The position numbers and the translations under genes are program-made. Below are positions 1 to 9,832 of a stretch of 64,000 nt of DNA, one piece after another. Every line of letters begins with the position of its first letter. The stretch's first letter is position 1. This DNA comes from a virus (lineage: Duplodnaviria; Caudoviricetes), in IMG/VR virus record IMGVR_UViG_3300032123_000052, positions 96,001 through 160,000 of that record; one strand, written 5' to 3'. The notes under the pieces are model-generated. The model made no database searches. It worked only from the letters and a program-made list of their open reading frames with translations, and was not told where the DNA came from.

Positions 1-305
1 TGGGCGAGTGCCGCGTCGTTGAATATCTCTTCTATTGCAACGTCGAACAAGTCTTCATATTGCTCAACTGATTTTTGATATTCACCAATTTCTGTATTCC
101 TAAATTCATTAATTAAATTGCGCCTGATTTGTAGCATCGCACTGTGTTCGATACGATTTGTTTTATTTTTTAAAGTGTACTCGAGGCATTTTGCGACATA
201 TGATTTGAATATAATTGTCAGCAATTCATTCCGATCCTGTTTTGGATCGGCATTGAAGATTGAGCCTTTTAGTTCTTTCTGGAAGTTGAAATTTTCTTTT
301 CCCAT
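1..305 (-). CDS. hypothetical protein, 3' end runs off the window
   Basis: Open frame MGKRKFNFQKELKGSIFNADPKQ... from ATG at 305 with GGGGTGG upstream; no stop before window edge. Confidence 0.7.
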   Translation of the reverse strand, partial: MGKENFNFQKELKGSIFNADPKQDRNELLTIIFKSYVAKCLEYTLKNKTNRIEHSAMLQIRRNLINEFRNTEIGEYQKSVEQYEDLFDVAIEEIFNDAALA

Positions 306-429
306 AAAAATAGCCACCCCTTTATGTGATTAATTGTATTATTATATAAGATAACACAGGGATGGCAAATAATCAATAATAGTTGCAAGCTAATGGCTTA
401 TATGTTATATTTTTGATAGACCCTTCACT

Positions 430-1278
430 TTGGTGATTATAATGAGTTTAATTGATAATATAAAAAATACAGCCCATAAGGCGTCTGAAGATTATTTACT
501 TACCGGTGTCGATATGAATGATACGATATTAGATTCGTACCATGCCGGAGATGTTTCCAATTTAGAAGTATTAAAACGAATCTGTGAACTTGCTAATCAA
601 AACGTTTATCTTTCATTGTATCATGATGAGGATACCGACAAGAAAAATATTTCTTTTGTTCTTGCCGATTTTAATAATTTGAAAACTGAAATTTTAAAAA
701 GTGAGAAAGCTATGGAAAATTATGCAACACCACCTGGCGATTTCCGTTCACTGTTAACGCTCATTGTCGGCAAAGATGCCGGCAATATCCAACAAGCTCC
801 TAATAATGGAGAAAAGCTTGCTGAATTTCAAAAAGTTGGAAATTATAGAAATGTTTTCGAGGCGTTTATCAGCGATGTTGAGTCGTTACGATACAGCGAA
901 ATACAAAATGCAGAGAAGGCTTTTTTAAAGATTGCTCACGACACAAAGATTATGGTCTCAAATGGTGAGTCAATTGGTGATATGGCAAAAATATCATCAA
1001 GGTTTGCTAAAGAGGCTGGTCTTGACCCCATGAAAGTTGCCGCTGCTTATAATATAATTCATCAAGATTTGGTTAATGATGGATTCACTGTAAACACCGA
1101 ATTTACAAAAGTATCATCTTATCGCATTAATAGTAATGCAGACATGCTCCAGCCGGTTAATGAATTTATTATGTCATTGGAAAAAATAGCCGCCACCACA
1201 GAGATGGTCCATAATTTAACAAATTCGCTGTCGGCTTTTAATAAGGTTCTTAAAGAAGAGCTTGTTGCCCAGAAATAA
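430..1278 (+). CDS. putative head-associated/internal virion protein
   Basis: First gene of the late operon; many K-x-A/S/G motifs (FLKIA, FAKEAG, MKVAA, TKVSS, LEKIAA). Confidence 0.6.
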   Translation: MVIIMSLIDNIKNTAHKASEDYLLTGVDMNDTILDSYHAGDVSNLEVLKRICELANQNVYLSLYHDEDTDKKNISFVLADFNNLKTEILKSEKAMENYATPPGDFRSLLTLIVGKDAGNIQQAPNNGEKLAEFQKVGNYRNVFEAFISDVESLRYSEIQNAEKAFLKIAHDTKIMVSNGESIGDMAKISSRFAKEAGLDPMKVAAAYNIIHQDLVNDGFTVNTEFTKVSSYRINSNADMLQPVNEFIMSLEKIAATTEMVHNLTNSLSAFNKVLKEELVAQK

Positions 1279-1283
1279 TAAAT

Positions 1284-2027
1284 ATGGGAATTAAAGAGAA
1301 CATTGAACTTGATATTGTTGGTAAAGCAATTAAGCCGACAGATAAACCACTCAGTGATGAATTCGCTGACAGGGTTCGATGGAGCGCGCTAAGCTCTCTT
1401 ATCGGTGTGGCTGTTGCTGCATCACCAATGCTCTTTAAAAAAAAGTTCAAAGACGTAAAAATACCTATGGCTGCTTTTGGATTGAGTGGCGTTCCAATGG
1501 GATGGAATCTTCCCCGTGTTCATAATAAATATCTTGAATATATTAAGGGGATAGGTTCTAAATCTGAAGCACAAAAAGCATATACTAAACTTGTTGAAGA
1601 GGAGGTTGATGTAAGAGAAAGGACTCCGATATTATTTGAAAAGACATCCTTTCTCAGTACAGCGACAAGGCTTGGTGGAACAGCTGCAGGAAAAATTGTT
1701 GGAAGGGCCGCTGCTACCGCAAAAGGGACTGGAAAATTTATTGGACAGGGATTAATGCCGATAAAGAAAATTGATACCGGCCTTGTTACAAAAAGAAAAC
1801 TTTTAGGAAGACGCGGAATGCTTCATGCTTATTCAGTAAGAGGGGGCCTTGGGATTGCTGGTGTTGCCGGGGCGGTTGGTGGCACAAGAGCATTTCAATC
1901 CAGGCGCAAACTGTCTGGGCAAAATTATACAACTTTCTTGAGAAATAATGTTCTTGCTGGAAATATAAAACCAGAACAATTGTCTCAAGCAGATTTGGTT
2001 GCGGTGAGACGAATGGGGATGAGATAA
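1284..2027 (+). CDS. putative internal head/ejection protein
   Basis: Gly/Ala-rich hydrophobic segments, basic C-terminal half, EKTS motif; operon context. Confidence 0.5.
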   Translation: MGIKENIELDIVGKAIKPTDKPLSDEFADRVRWSALSSLIGVAVAASPMLFKKKFKDVKIPMAAFGLSGVPMGWNLPRVHNKYLEYIKGIGSKSEAQKAYTKLVEEEVDVRERTPILFEKTSFLSTATRLGGTAAGKIVGRAAATAKGTGKFIGQGLMPIKKIDTGLVTKRKLLGRRGMLHAYSVRGGLGIAGVAGAVGGTRAFQSRRKLSGQNYTTFLRNNVLAGNIKPEQLSQADLVAVRRMGMR

Positions 2028-2281
2028 TGAATGCTATATGGAATTCATTTTTTAGGGAAATGGAAAAGGTTGCAATAAGCCCTATGACTGTTGCGATGCA
2101 TAGTATGAATTTATTAAATCTCAAAGATAAAATTAGAGAAGCAAAATCGACAACACAATTAAATCCTATAAGTAGAGATACATCGACTTCTAATTTGAAA
2201 TTAAAATCACCTTACCAATATCAATTTGAAGGTGGTAAAAAAACCGGATTGACCGCAACTACGACTCCTCATACATTTTAA
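2027..2281 (+). CDS. small putative internal head protein
   Basis: N-terminus MNAIWNSFFREMEKVA resembles leaders of ORFs 3200 and 21784; translationally coupled. Confidence 0.55.
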   Translation: MNAIWNSFFREMEKVAISPMTVAMHSMNLLNLKDKIREAKSTTQLNPISRDTSTSNLKLKSPYQYQFEGGKKTGLTATTTPHTF

Positions 2282-2292
2282 AGGAGCTTTCG

Positions 2293-2895
2293 ATGGAAGA
2301 TAGAATAAAAACAGCTGCCGACAATATGCTTACAAAGGGAAGTATAACTGATGTAGAGCATGGTGAACTATGTAAAGTCGCATTAAAATTTAAAGATATT
2401 ACAAAGGGCCTTGAGACTCTTGGTGGTAAAAGGCAAAAAATTATAAATCTCCTTGGGGGCCTTGCTTTGCTTGGTGGTGGTGTTTATGCCGGCAAAGAGG
2501 CGGTTATTGATCCTTTGGTCCAAGCAGTCAAAATTAATAAGTCTTTTAAGGCTATGGCACAAAAAGTTCCTCAACTTGCAGACCAGGACCAGAAGCAGAT
2601 GAAAGACTACTTCAACGTTATAAAAACATTTTCACCGAAAGCGGCTTCTAATCCATTAGTTGCAGGCGCCCTGGTTAATAAAATGATGCAATTTGGTGGG
2701 GTAGACCATAAACTGGTTCAGGATATATCGGCAATTCAGGCCGGTCTTCCTCAGCCGAGAGTAGCACCAACCGTTGTTGAAAGTGTAGCAAAGGCAGTTG
2801 GTTCGGCTGCTATTCCAACGGAGAAGACCATATCTGAATTTAATGAATATGGTAATTTACAACCAATGTCGGTAACTACCCAAACAGGAAAATAA
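2293..2895 (+). CDS. putative internal head/ejection protein
   Basis: IKTAA and CKVA motifs; hydrophobic LLGGLALLGGGVYAG segment; GGAG RBS. Confidence 0.55.
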   Translation: MEDRIKTAADNMLTKGSITDVEHGELCKVALKFKDITKGLETLGGKRQKIINLLGGLALLGGGVYAGKEAVIDPLVQAVKINKSFKAMAQKVPQLADQDQKQMKDYFNVIKTFSPKAASNPLVAGALVNKMMQFGGVDHKLVQDISAIQAGLPQPRVAPTVVESVAKAVGSAAIPTEKTISEFNEYGNLQPMSVTTQTGK

Positions 2896-3189
2896 ATGAT
2901 ACCGCTAAACGGGTTTGAAAAAGATGCCGGGGTAATAAAATTAATCACCAAGTCACCAAAATTTGTCAGATACCCGATTTATACACTCGGTCTTCTTGGT
3001 GCTGGTGCCGCCGCAACTGGTATCGCAAATCGTATACACGATTTATATAATATAACCAGTGAGATACGGAAGCGTAAGATCATGCATAAACAGACTGATT
3101 TGCTGAAGCAGATTGCCAACCATGGTAAAAAAGAAAAAAAAGAATCTTCTGTTCCGAAACAAAAGGTTGTGATAAATCCTTTAACATAA
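2896..3189 (+). CDS. small putative internal head protein
   Basis: FEKDAG near N-terminus, then LGLLGAGAAATG hydrophobic segment. Confidence 0.5.
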   Translation: MIPLNGFEKDAGVIKLITKSPKFVRYPIYTLGLLGAGAAATGIANRIHDLYNITSEIRKRKIMHKQTDLLKQIANHGKKEKKESSVPKQKVVINPLT

Positions 3190-3199
3190 GAGGTATAAA

Positions 3200-3646
3200 A
3201 TGAGTATATATCAAGAGATTTACCAGGAAGCTTTTAATGATGAGCTTGAAAAGATAGCGAAAGAAGAAAAAACAGCGCCACAGGCTTATGGAAGTTATTT
3301 TAAATCGGTTATGCCAAGATTTGGCATCGGAAGCGGCATGAAGCATTTTGTAAAAAAAGAAACTGGAAAAGACATTTCAAAAAAAGAGGGTGGTAAGTTG
3401 TATCGCAAACATATTTATAACCCAGGGGTTTTAAAAGGTTTAGTTGGAACAGGTGCTGGTGGTATTGGGGGCGCTGGTGTTGGGGCGCTTATATCTTCTC
3501 TTAGAGGCATGAAAGGAAGATACGCAACGCTTGGGGCTTTAATTGGTGGCGCTACCCTTGGTACTGTTACTTCAGCGATGGGTGCAGCAAAAGGTGCACA
3601 GCAAATTGCAACTGGAAAGGTCCCAATAGAAGAAGAAAAAATCTAA
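3200..3646 (+). CDS. putative internal head protein with glycine zipper
   Basis: MSIYQEIYQEAFNDELEKIA leader; GxxxG-rich C-terminal half. Confidence 0.55.
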   Translation: MSIYQEIYQEAFNDELEKIAKEEKTAPQAYGSYFKSVMPRFGIGSGMKHFVKKETGKDISKKEGGKLYRKHIYNPGVLKGLVGTGAGGIGGAGVGALISSLRGMKGRYATLGALIGGATLGTVTSAMGAAKGAQQIATGKVPIEEEKI

Positions 3647-3649
3647 ACT

Positions 3650-5440
3650 ATGATTAAATATATCCAATACGATTCGATTGATGAAACCGGTCAGCACATT
3701 ATACCGATAAACTCAATCGAACAGCTTAACAAAACTGCTACGAGCAACTACGCTCCGGAGCTGATGAAGGTTATTCTCAACCTCAATCGGAAGCCAGAGC
3801 GGTACTATGTTGTTATCAATGCTCTTGGGTCATATGAAGTTTGGGGTTCCAATCGTAATGGTGATGCCTTCCCGGAAGCAGGCCTTTCCCACAAATCATT
3901 ACGTACTGATATGAATACCGCAAATGATTATGGGTATAAAACATTTGAATATTATGCAAAATTCTATAAGCACCATGTGAATAAAGATCCAAGTCGTTCT
4001 TTTGGCGAAATAATATTTGCCCACTGGAATCCTGTGCTTCGTCGTGTTGAGTTGATTGCCGCAATCGATGTGGTGAAGGGTGCTGATATAGTAAGGTCTC
4101 TTGAAACTGGCGAGCCTGTAAGTGTTAGTATGGGTTGTCGGGTCCGGTTTGATCGCTGTAGCATTTGTCAACATAAAGCAAAAACCAGGAAGACCTACTG
4201 CAAGCATCTCAAGAATTATATGGGCCAGATAGTTACTCCCGAACTTGCCGCCTTATGGTCCAAAGAGCTTGGGAAAATAATACTTCCTGGTACTATGGTT
4301 TTCGCTTTCAATGATTATCCTCGATTTTTTGATATATCGAAAGTTTTTATAGGTGCCGACCGTACATCGTTTGTTTTGGGTAAGGCTGCATCGGCAGGCC
4401 TAGTTATAGCTTCTGTAGATTTGGCAGACGCATACGGAGTAACCGATGCGATGTTTGATAAGGCTGCCCAAGTTAAAAAAGAGGGTGACATCGATAAAGA
4501 GGTAGGGGCTTTGGGGAAAGATGATATCGATGGTACTATGAAACCTGCTGATAATGTCACTGTTTTCAGAAAAGCCCTCGATGAAAAAATGAATAAAACA
4601 ATAGCTGCCGAACCAAAACTTCCGAACGATCTTCTCGACTCAATGGCGTCAACCCACCCATTAAATAGAATATTATCTACTATATTAGGCCTTGGTATAC
4701 ACCCGAAGCCTGACGAGTTTCAAAGAATCGTTCTGATACGGGCTGGACAAAAGCCACTTGCTGATGAGTTGGAAAAGCAGGGTACTATATTTGACTATAA
4801 GAGCGATGTCGAACCACAAGATATAGATATATCAAATTATTATTATGACGACACTCTCGCTAGATCACTTTCTACTTATATCGAAAAGAGAAGTTGTTTT
4901 CCGACGTTCCTTCAATCAAGGTTGTTGGTGGTTATGGAGAAAACAGCTCAGTTTCCTCCTCCTATTGGAAAAGAAAAAAAGGAATTTAAAATCGGACCAA
5001 AGGTAGCGGTTCTTGTCGGGCTTGCGGCGCTTTATGCTGGATTGAAATTAAAGGCAAAAGGCTACGGGTCGAAACAACTTGCTGAGATTTTTACAAAGAA
5101 ACAATGGCTTCGCTCTATTATCGGTGGCGGGGTAATGTATAAAATATTTGAAGAGATAGGTAAAGCACAACACGAAAATCCGATGCTTGGTCCGGCTGTT
5201 AATTATGAAGGTGCACTCCGTGACACCAATTTTTCTGGCAAAATTGTGAAGCAATCAGCATTAAATGTATTGACCGATGCAATAGTCCTTCCAGGCGCGT
5301 ACATAATAAATTCATATAATCAAGACACATTGTATAAAACCAGTAAACTGTTTTTTCCTGAGCAAAGTATTAATAATAATTTTGCGCTGGATAATATAAA
5401 CTCAGAATTATTGAAAAAAAAGTTGTTTGAAATCAAATAA
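3650..5440 (+). CDS. prohead (maturation) protease with Cys/His cluster and long C-terminal extension
   Basis: NRNGDAF, HHVNKD (His) and VSMGC (Ser) motifs followed by CSIC...CKH; lies upstream of scaffold and capsid genes. Confidence 0.75.
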   Translation: MIKYIQYDSIDETGQHIIPINSIEQLNKTATSNYAPELMKVILNLNRKPERYYVVINALGSYEVWGSNRNGDAFPEAGLSHKSLRTDMNTANDYGYKTFEYYAKFYKHHVNKDPSRSFGEIIFAHWNPVLRRVELIAAIDVVKGADIVRSLETGEPVSVSMGCRVRFDRCSICQHKAKTRKTYCKHLKNYMGQIVTPELAALWSKELGKIILPGTMVFAFNDYPRFFDISKVFIGADRTSFVLGKAASAGLVIASVDLADAYGVTDAMFDKAAQVKKEGDIDKEVGALGKDDIDGTMKPADNVTVFRKALDEKMNKTIAAEPKLPNDLLDSMASTHPLNRILSTILGLGIHPKPDEFQRIVLIRAGQKPLADELEKQGTIFDYKSDVEPQDIDISNYYYDDTLARSLSTYIEKRSCFPTFLQSRLLVVMEKTAQFPPPIGKEKKEFKIGPKVAVLVGLAALYAGLKLKAKGYGSKQLAEIFTKKQWLRSIIGGGVMYKIFEEIGKAQHENPMLGPAVNYEGALRDTNFSGKIVKQSALNVLTDAIVLPGAYIINSYNQDTLYKTSKLFFPEQSINNNFALDNINSELLKKKLFEIK

Positions 5441-5489
5441 AATTATATAATTTAATTATATTCAGCATAGGGAAAAATATTGCATTCGA

Positions 5490-5502
5490 TATATTATAAA
5501 CT
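5490..5502 (+). promoter_or_regulatory. candidate late promoter TATATTATAAACT
   Basis: Near-match to TATATTATAAATA at 11552 and 23183; upstream of scaffold-capsid genes. Confidence 0.5.
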
Positions 5503-5651
5503 TATATTGTTATTAGTAACTGTAATACAGTTTAACGCTGTTGAGCAGATAAATGGTATTGTGGCGTATCATAAGTGAATAAGGGTAATTTAAAAATATC
5601 AAACTTCACTTAAAAAATTGTCACTAAACATGCAATTGAAAATAATCCTAT

Positions 5652-6689
5652 TTGTTTAACCAATGGAGGTTATACATGAGTCCCAGAGAAAAGACAAGCT
5701 TTGAGGATCATCTCAACATTGTTGAGTCAGGTCAAGACAAAACTGCCTCTGCCCCAAAAGGCGAAGGCACTTTGCTTGACAAACTGGCGAGCGAACTCGG
5801 CATCGGAGAAGAGAAAACTGCAGAAGTAAAAGCTCCCCCTGAAACTGGTGGTGAGAAAGCTGCTCCAAATGGAGCTGGTGCCGGATCTTCTGTAACAGAT
5901 GGAAAAGCACCCGCAGCAGAAGGTGAAGTTCAGCCTGCGGCTTCGAGTGTAGCTGGCGCAGCACCTGCTGTCGTAGCTGCCACTGAAGGTGTTGCTACTC
6001 CTCAAACCGAAATTGCTGGCGGAAACGCCGCTGAAGCCGCAGCCGGAGAACAGCCTGCTGCAACAAAACCAAACGAAGGTCTTGCAATATCCGCTGGCGA
6101 TGGGGTTGTAACTGATGCTAACCAGCTTCATAAGACTCCTGCCGCTGTAATGGAAGCCGCAAAAAATTCTGATGGTACTGTCATGGGCGCAAAGACTGCA
6201 GAGGAAGCAGGGGCTATTGGTAAAAAAATAGCTGAAACTTTCCAGGCGCATCTTGAAAAGACAGCTCAAGACCAGGAATACACTGAGGCTCTTGTTTTAC
6301 TGAAAGAGGGCGGCCTCCTTGAAGGTTATAATATCAAGGATGAGGGCTTAACAAAGGAAGCCGGTGAATCTGTTGACTATCTCCAGAAAATTGCCAACAA
6401 AGAACAGCTTTCCAGAGAAGATATAATCGGTTCAGCATATCAGGCAATTGAAATGCAAAAAGAAGCTGAAGAAGCGGAGGTTCAGGGCCGTGAAGATGCT
6501 CAGAATCTGGTTGCCTCAGTTACCGAGCTGATTGAAAAGAAAGCTGGAGAAGGTGCACCAGCGGCACCAGCAGCACCAGCAGCACCGGCGGCACCTGCCA
6601 CTGATGAGCAGGCAAAGCTGGCAGAGTTAATGAATGATGAAAATGTTGTTAAAGCGGTAAAGACTCTGAAAGAAAAAAATCTTCTCTAA
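5652..6689 (+). CDS. scaffolding/core protein (likely start 5677, MSPREKTS)
   Basis: Acidic, Ala/Glu/Pro-rich, between protease and capsid genes; about nine KxA/S/G motifs; GGAGG RBS before 5677. Confidence 0.65.
   Translation: MFNQWRLYMSPREKTSFEDHLNIVESGQDKTASAPKGEGTLLDKLASELGIGEEKTAEVKAPPETGGEKAAPNGAGAGSSVTDGKAPAAEGEVQPAASSVAGAAPAVVAATEGVATPQTEIAGGNAAEAAAGEQPAATKPNEGLAISAGDGVVTDANQLHKTPAAVMEAAKNSDGTVMGAKTAEEAGAIGKKIAETFQAHLEKTAQDQEYTEALVLLKEGGLLEGYNIKDEGLTKEAGESVDYLQKIANKEQLSREDIIGSAYQAIEMQKEAEEAEVQGREDAQNLVASVTELIEKKAGEGAPAAPAAPAAPAAPATDEQAKLAELMNDENVVKAVKTLKEKNLL
6553..6597 (+). repeat. 9-bp tandem repeat GCACCAGC(A/G) encoding (APA)n
   Basis: gcaccagcg gcaccagca gcaccagca gcaccggcg gcacctgcc read directly. 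Confidence 0.85.
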
Positions 6690-6707
6690 AATAGGAGGGG
6701 GTTTTTC

Positions 6708-7208
6708 ATGGTCTTTAAAAATATTGGCCAGTTGATCCTGAGTCATTTGGCTCCGGGTCAGCAGGCTACCGAAAAAACAGCTTCTGAAAGCTATACACCT
6801 GAAGAGGCTAAAAGAATTTCTGAAGGCTTGGCCAAAGTGGCATCATTTCCCTGTAAAGAGGAAGTGTACACTTCGGTGCAGGAGATGATGAAAATAGCTT
6901 CTGAGTGTTTGGCATATATGACGGAATCTCTTAATTCCGCACAAGAGCGAAATACTGGGCTTGAAAAGGCTGCCCAGGTTCGGCTGGTCCTGGACGACTT
7001 GATTCATTCAGGTCTCGTCTCAGACGATAGTGATGCCGAAGAGAAAATTGCCGAATTGATGAAGAAAGATGAAAAAGGTCTGGAAGTCATTAAAGAGGCA
7101 ATTAAACTTGCTCAAAACGGTGAAGGAGAAAGTTTGATTTTCGAAAAAGCTGCAAATGATTCAGCCGAACCAGATAAAAAGGCTGGAATGTTTGACGGCG
7201 TTCTCTAA
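6708..7208 (+). CDS. acidic helical scaffold-like protein
   Basis: EKTAS, AKVAS, MKIAS, EKAAQ and EKAAN motifs; position in head operon. Confidence 0.55.
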   Translation: MVFKNIGQLILSHLAPGQQATEKTASESYTPEEAKRISEGLAKVASFPCKEEVYTSVQEMMKIASECLAYMTESLNSAQERNTGLEKAAQVRLVLDDLIHSGLVSDDSDAEEKIAELMKKDEKGLEVIKEAIKLAQNGEGESLIFEKAANDSAEPDKKAGMFDGVL

Positions 7209-7232
7209 TCACCAATAACAAGGAGTATAACA

Positions 7233-7706
7233 ATGCTTGAGATGTTAACTCTCATGAACAAGGTCGAGCGTGTTTCCCGTAGAATCGATCCTGACAATTT
7301 CGTAGCAGTTCCCGGTATTTGGGCAGAACTTGATACTGATGGTAGTATCAAAAATGTCACAACCGACACGCCAGGGCTTATGAACAAGCTCGTCATTGGC
7401 AACGCCTCCAGCAATGTCTATGAATCACACGATGTGAGTGTTGGTCGTATCACTACCGTCGAATCATACGGCGATCGTTTCAAAGTTGATTCAGAAGGCT
7501 ATTCCGGAACAATTGTTGCCGGTGAGGACTTAATTGTTTCAACAACGTCCGGCACCGAAGGTAAGCTGGTTGGTATTGCGAATCAAGCAGAAGCTACTGG
7601 CAACTATGAAGTTGTTGCTCGTGCAGAAGAGGTGAATGGTACTGCAGGCTATATTGTTTTCAGAACACTTTCACCTGGAACTGTTGCAGCTTACGCAGCA
7701 GCGTAA
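7233..7706 (+). CDS. capsid decoration/cement protein
   Basis: Small beta-rich Gly/Thr/Val protein immediately upstream of the major capsid gene. Confidence 0.6.
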   Translation: MLEMLTLMNKVERVSRRIDPDNFVAVPGIWAELDTDGSIKNVTTDTPGLMNKLVIGNASSNVYESHDVSVGRITTVESYGDRFKVDSEGYSGTIVAGEDLIVSTTSGTEGKLVGIANQAEATGNYEVVARAEEVNGTAGYIVFRTLSPGTVAAYAAA

Positions 7707-7728
7707 TAGTGGTTGATATTGAAATCCC

Positions 7729-7748
7729 GGGCCGGGTAACACCGGCCC
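7729..7748 (+). other. GC-rich hairpin without U-tract between decoration and capsid genes
   Basis: GGGCCGG-gtaaca-CCGGCCC. Confidence 0.55.
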
Positions 7749-7787
7749 ATTAAAACTATTAAAACTACTCAAAAGTAGGAGCTAATT

Positions 7788-8813
7788 ATGCTTGATCATG
7801 TAACGGCCATGCAAAGTAACGAAAGTTTCCTTGAAAAGGTCAGTACTCTTGAGGGTCAATCACAGCTTTCCGAAGCCGGTCGGCAGTATGTAAAGACCGA
7901 ACTCCAGGAAGCGGCATTTACTCGTGCCATCATACCCCAGGAGCCAATTACTGTGGCGGACTGTCAGAGAAACGTCAATGACAACTCTCTGTATCTGATC
8001 CGTGACATAGAGCCAGATGCAGCTGCTGTCGCAGTTGATAATCTGGGTGAGCCTGACGGAAAGTACGTCAAAGGCGAGCGGTACATCATACCAGTTATCA
8101 ATTTCGTTACCCGGCGTTTCCAGATTACTGTTGAAGACCTTCGGGCCTATCAGTATAAAATCACCAAGCGTATTGAGGATAAGTCAGTTCCTGTTCTCGA
8201 AAAACTTGAAGATACTTATTTTTTACGCCTGGCTGGCGCATCTCTTTCAGTTGCTGCCTCAGGATCTCAGAAAGCTGTTAAGCATTCTGGTTCAACCGCT
8301 TTGACTATTGAAGCTAAAGATATAGTCAACATCAAAAATACTCTTGCATCAGGTGTCAATGGTTCAGACGCAAAGAGAAAAGAAGTGGCATGCCTGTTGA
8401 TGTGTCAGGAAGCCTTCGAAACCGCAGTATTTCTGCCTGGCGCAGGTGACGATTTCGGCAAAGATCGTGTTCTTCATGGCATCACTTCCGATACGCTGTA
8501 CGGAACAAAAGTCGTGAAAACAATCAAAAGCGACCTGTTGCCAATTGGTCACATCTGGGCATTTACCACTCCGGATTTTCTTGGCCATAACTTTGCACTC
8601 GGCGATCCGAGCTTTGAGATCAAATCCAACTTCGGTCTCATTGAATGGCAGACCAAAGAGTCAATTGCCACAGGTATCGGAAACGCTTTGTCAACATGTC
8701 TTCTGGCGCTGCTAGGCTCAGTTAATCCTGGTGGATCAACTGACCTTACTGTTACAACAACTGGCACTGTTGATGCAGATATTACCGCTTACTATGCTGG
8801 GCTGGTAATATAA
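7788..8813 (+). CDS. major capsid protein (HK97 fold)
   Basis: 341 aa; AGGAG RBS; FTRAIIP, DIEPD...AV and EKLED..F segments in HK97-type order; followed by terminator. Confidence 0.8.
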   Translation: MLDHVTAMQSNESFLEKVSTLEGQSQLSEAGRQYVKTELQEAAFTRAIIPQEPITVADCQRNVNDNSLYLIRDIEPDAAAVAVDNLGEPDGKYVKGERYIIPVINFVTRRFQITVEDLRAYQYKITKRIEDKSVPVLEKLEDTYFLRLAGASLSVAASGSQKAVKHSGSTALTIEAKDIVNIKNTLASGVNGSDAKRKEVACLLMCQEAFETAVFLPGAGDDFGKDRVLHGITSDTLYGTKVVKTIKSDLLPIGHIWAFTTPDFLGHNFALGDPSFEIKSNFGLIEWQTKESIATGIGNALSTCLLALLGSVNPGGSTDLTVTTTGTVDADITAYYAGLVI

Positions 8814-8846
8814 GTCTGAGAAAAGTTTTAATCATAATATTGTCTC

Positions 8847-8882
8847 AAAAGGCCCTGCCCAGGAGTTGGGTTGGGCCTTTTT
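8847..8882 (+). terminator. intrinsic terminator after capsid gene
   Basis: AAAAGGCCC...GGGCCTTTTT. Confidence 0.75.
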
Positions 8883-8906
8883 ACATCTTAGCGGAGGGTT
8901 AGGAAA

Positions 8907-9365
8907 ATGAAGTATATTAATATTTCAGATCAACCACGGCGAGTCGTAAGGCACCGTGTTAAAGTTCTGATAAAACCAGGAGATGTTATCAATCTTGAAA
9001 CCACCGACATTAACCATTCAAGCTCTGCATTACGTTTTTTTGAACCATATGTAGAAGGTCAGACGCCTGATGAACGGGCACCTGATAAAAATCAGAAAAC
9101 TGCTGAAAACCAGCAACCTGATGAAGATCAGTGGCAGGGTGAAGATCAGGAGCGAGATCCTGAAAATAAAGAGGAGGCAGAACTAAAAATGCCAGTAGAA
9201 GAGGAGAAGGCTGATGGACAAACTGAAATTCCTAAAAGTGAAGTGATTTTGGATTCCGAAGGAGCTGGCGAACAGGTTGACGCTGAAAATACGAAAGAAG
9301 ACACTGGGGAAAGTGAAAAAGAACAAAAAGTCGAAGAAGCCGAAATAGTAAATAAAGAAGAATAA
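8907..9365 (+). CDS. virion-associated protein with acidic low-complexity tail
   Basis: N-terminal M-x-Y-x-N...IKPG domain similar to next two ORFs; Glu-rich tail. Confidence 0.6.
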   Translation: MKYINISDQPRRVVRHRVKVLIKPGDVINLETTDINHSSSALRFFEPYVEGQTPDERAPDKNQKTAENQQPDEDQWQGEDQERDPENKEEAELKMPVEEEKADGQTEIPKSEVILDSEGAGEQVDAENTKEDTGESEKEQKVEEAEIVNKEE

Positions 9366-9415
9366 TATAAAAAACTAATTCGAAAAATCGTATACTATTA
9401 AAAAGGGAGTAACTC

Positions 9416-9820
9416 ATGGCGTTATATGAGAATGTTGCGAAAGTTCGCAAACTTATAGGTGTGCGCCGCGTTAAGAGATGGATTACGCCTGGCGAACGGG
9501 TTGATCTTGATTCGTCTGATGTGAGGCACCTTAGTGGAAATGCCGCTTTTATGCAGTTGGCTAAAAAAGAAAAACCAAAAGAAAAAAAGCCCGCTGTCAA
9601 AAAAACTACTTCTGATGAAGTTGATAAACAGCAAATGATGATTGATAAAAAAACCCTTATGGAATCTTTGACTGGCATGACCAAGGAACGCATCATTGAA
9701 GTTGCTGAGAGCATAGTTGGTATCGATGTTCTTTCAAGGACAAAGAAAGCGAAACTTATCAAACAGGTCTTGGCGGCTTCTAAGAATAAAGGTTATCGTT
9801 ACGTATTAGAACACTCTTAA
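9416..9820 (+). CDS. protein with C-terminal Rho-N/HeH-like helical domain
   Basis: LTGMTKERIIEVAESIVGI...TKKAKLIKQVL pattern; N-terminal ITPG domain. Confidence 0.6.
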   Translation: MALYENVAKVRKLIGVRRVKRWITPGERVDLDSSDVRHLSGNAAFMQLAKKEKPKEKKPAVKKTTSDEVDKQQMMIDKKTLMESLTGMTKERIIEVAESIVGIDVLSRTKKAKLIKQVLAASKNKGYRYVLEHS

Positions 9821-9832
9821 GGAGTATTTACT

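Noticed and set aside
118-333. 71-aa + strand ORF
   Set aside because: Overlaps a better - strand frame (start 305) that has an RBS
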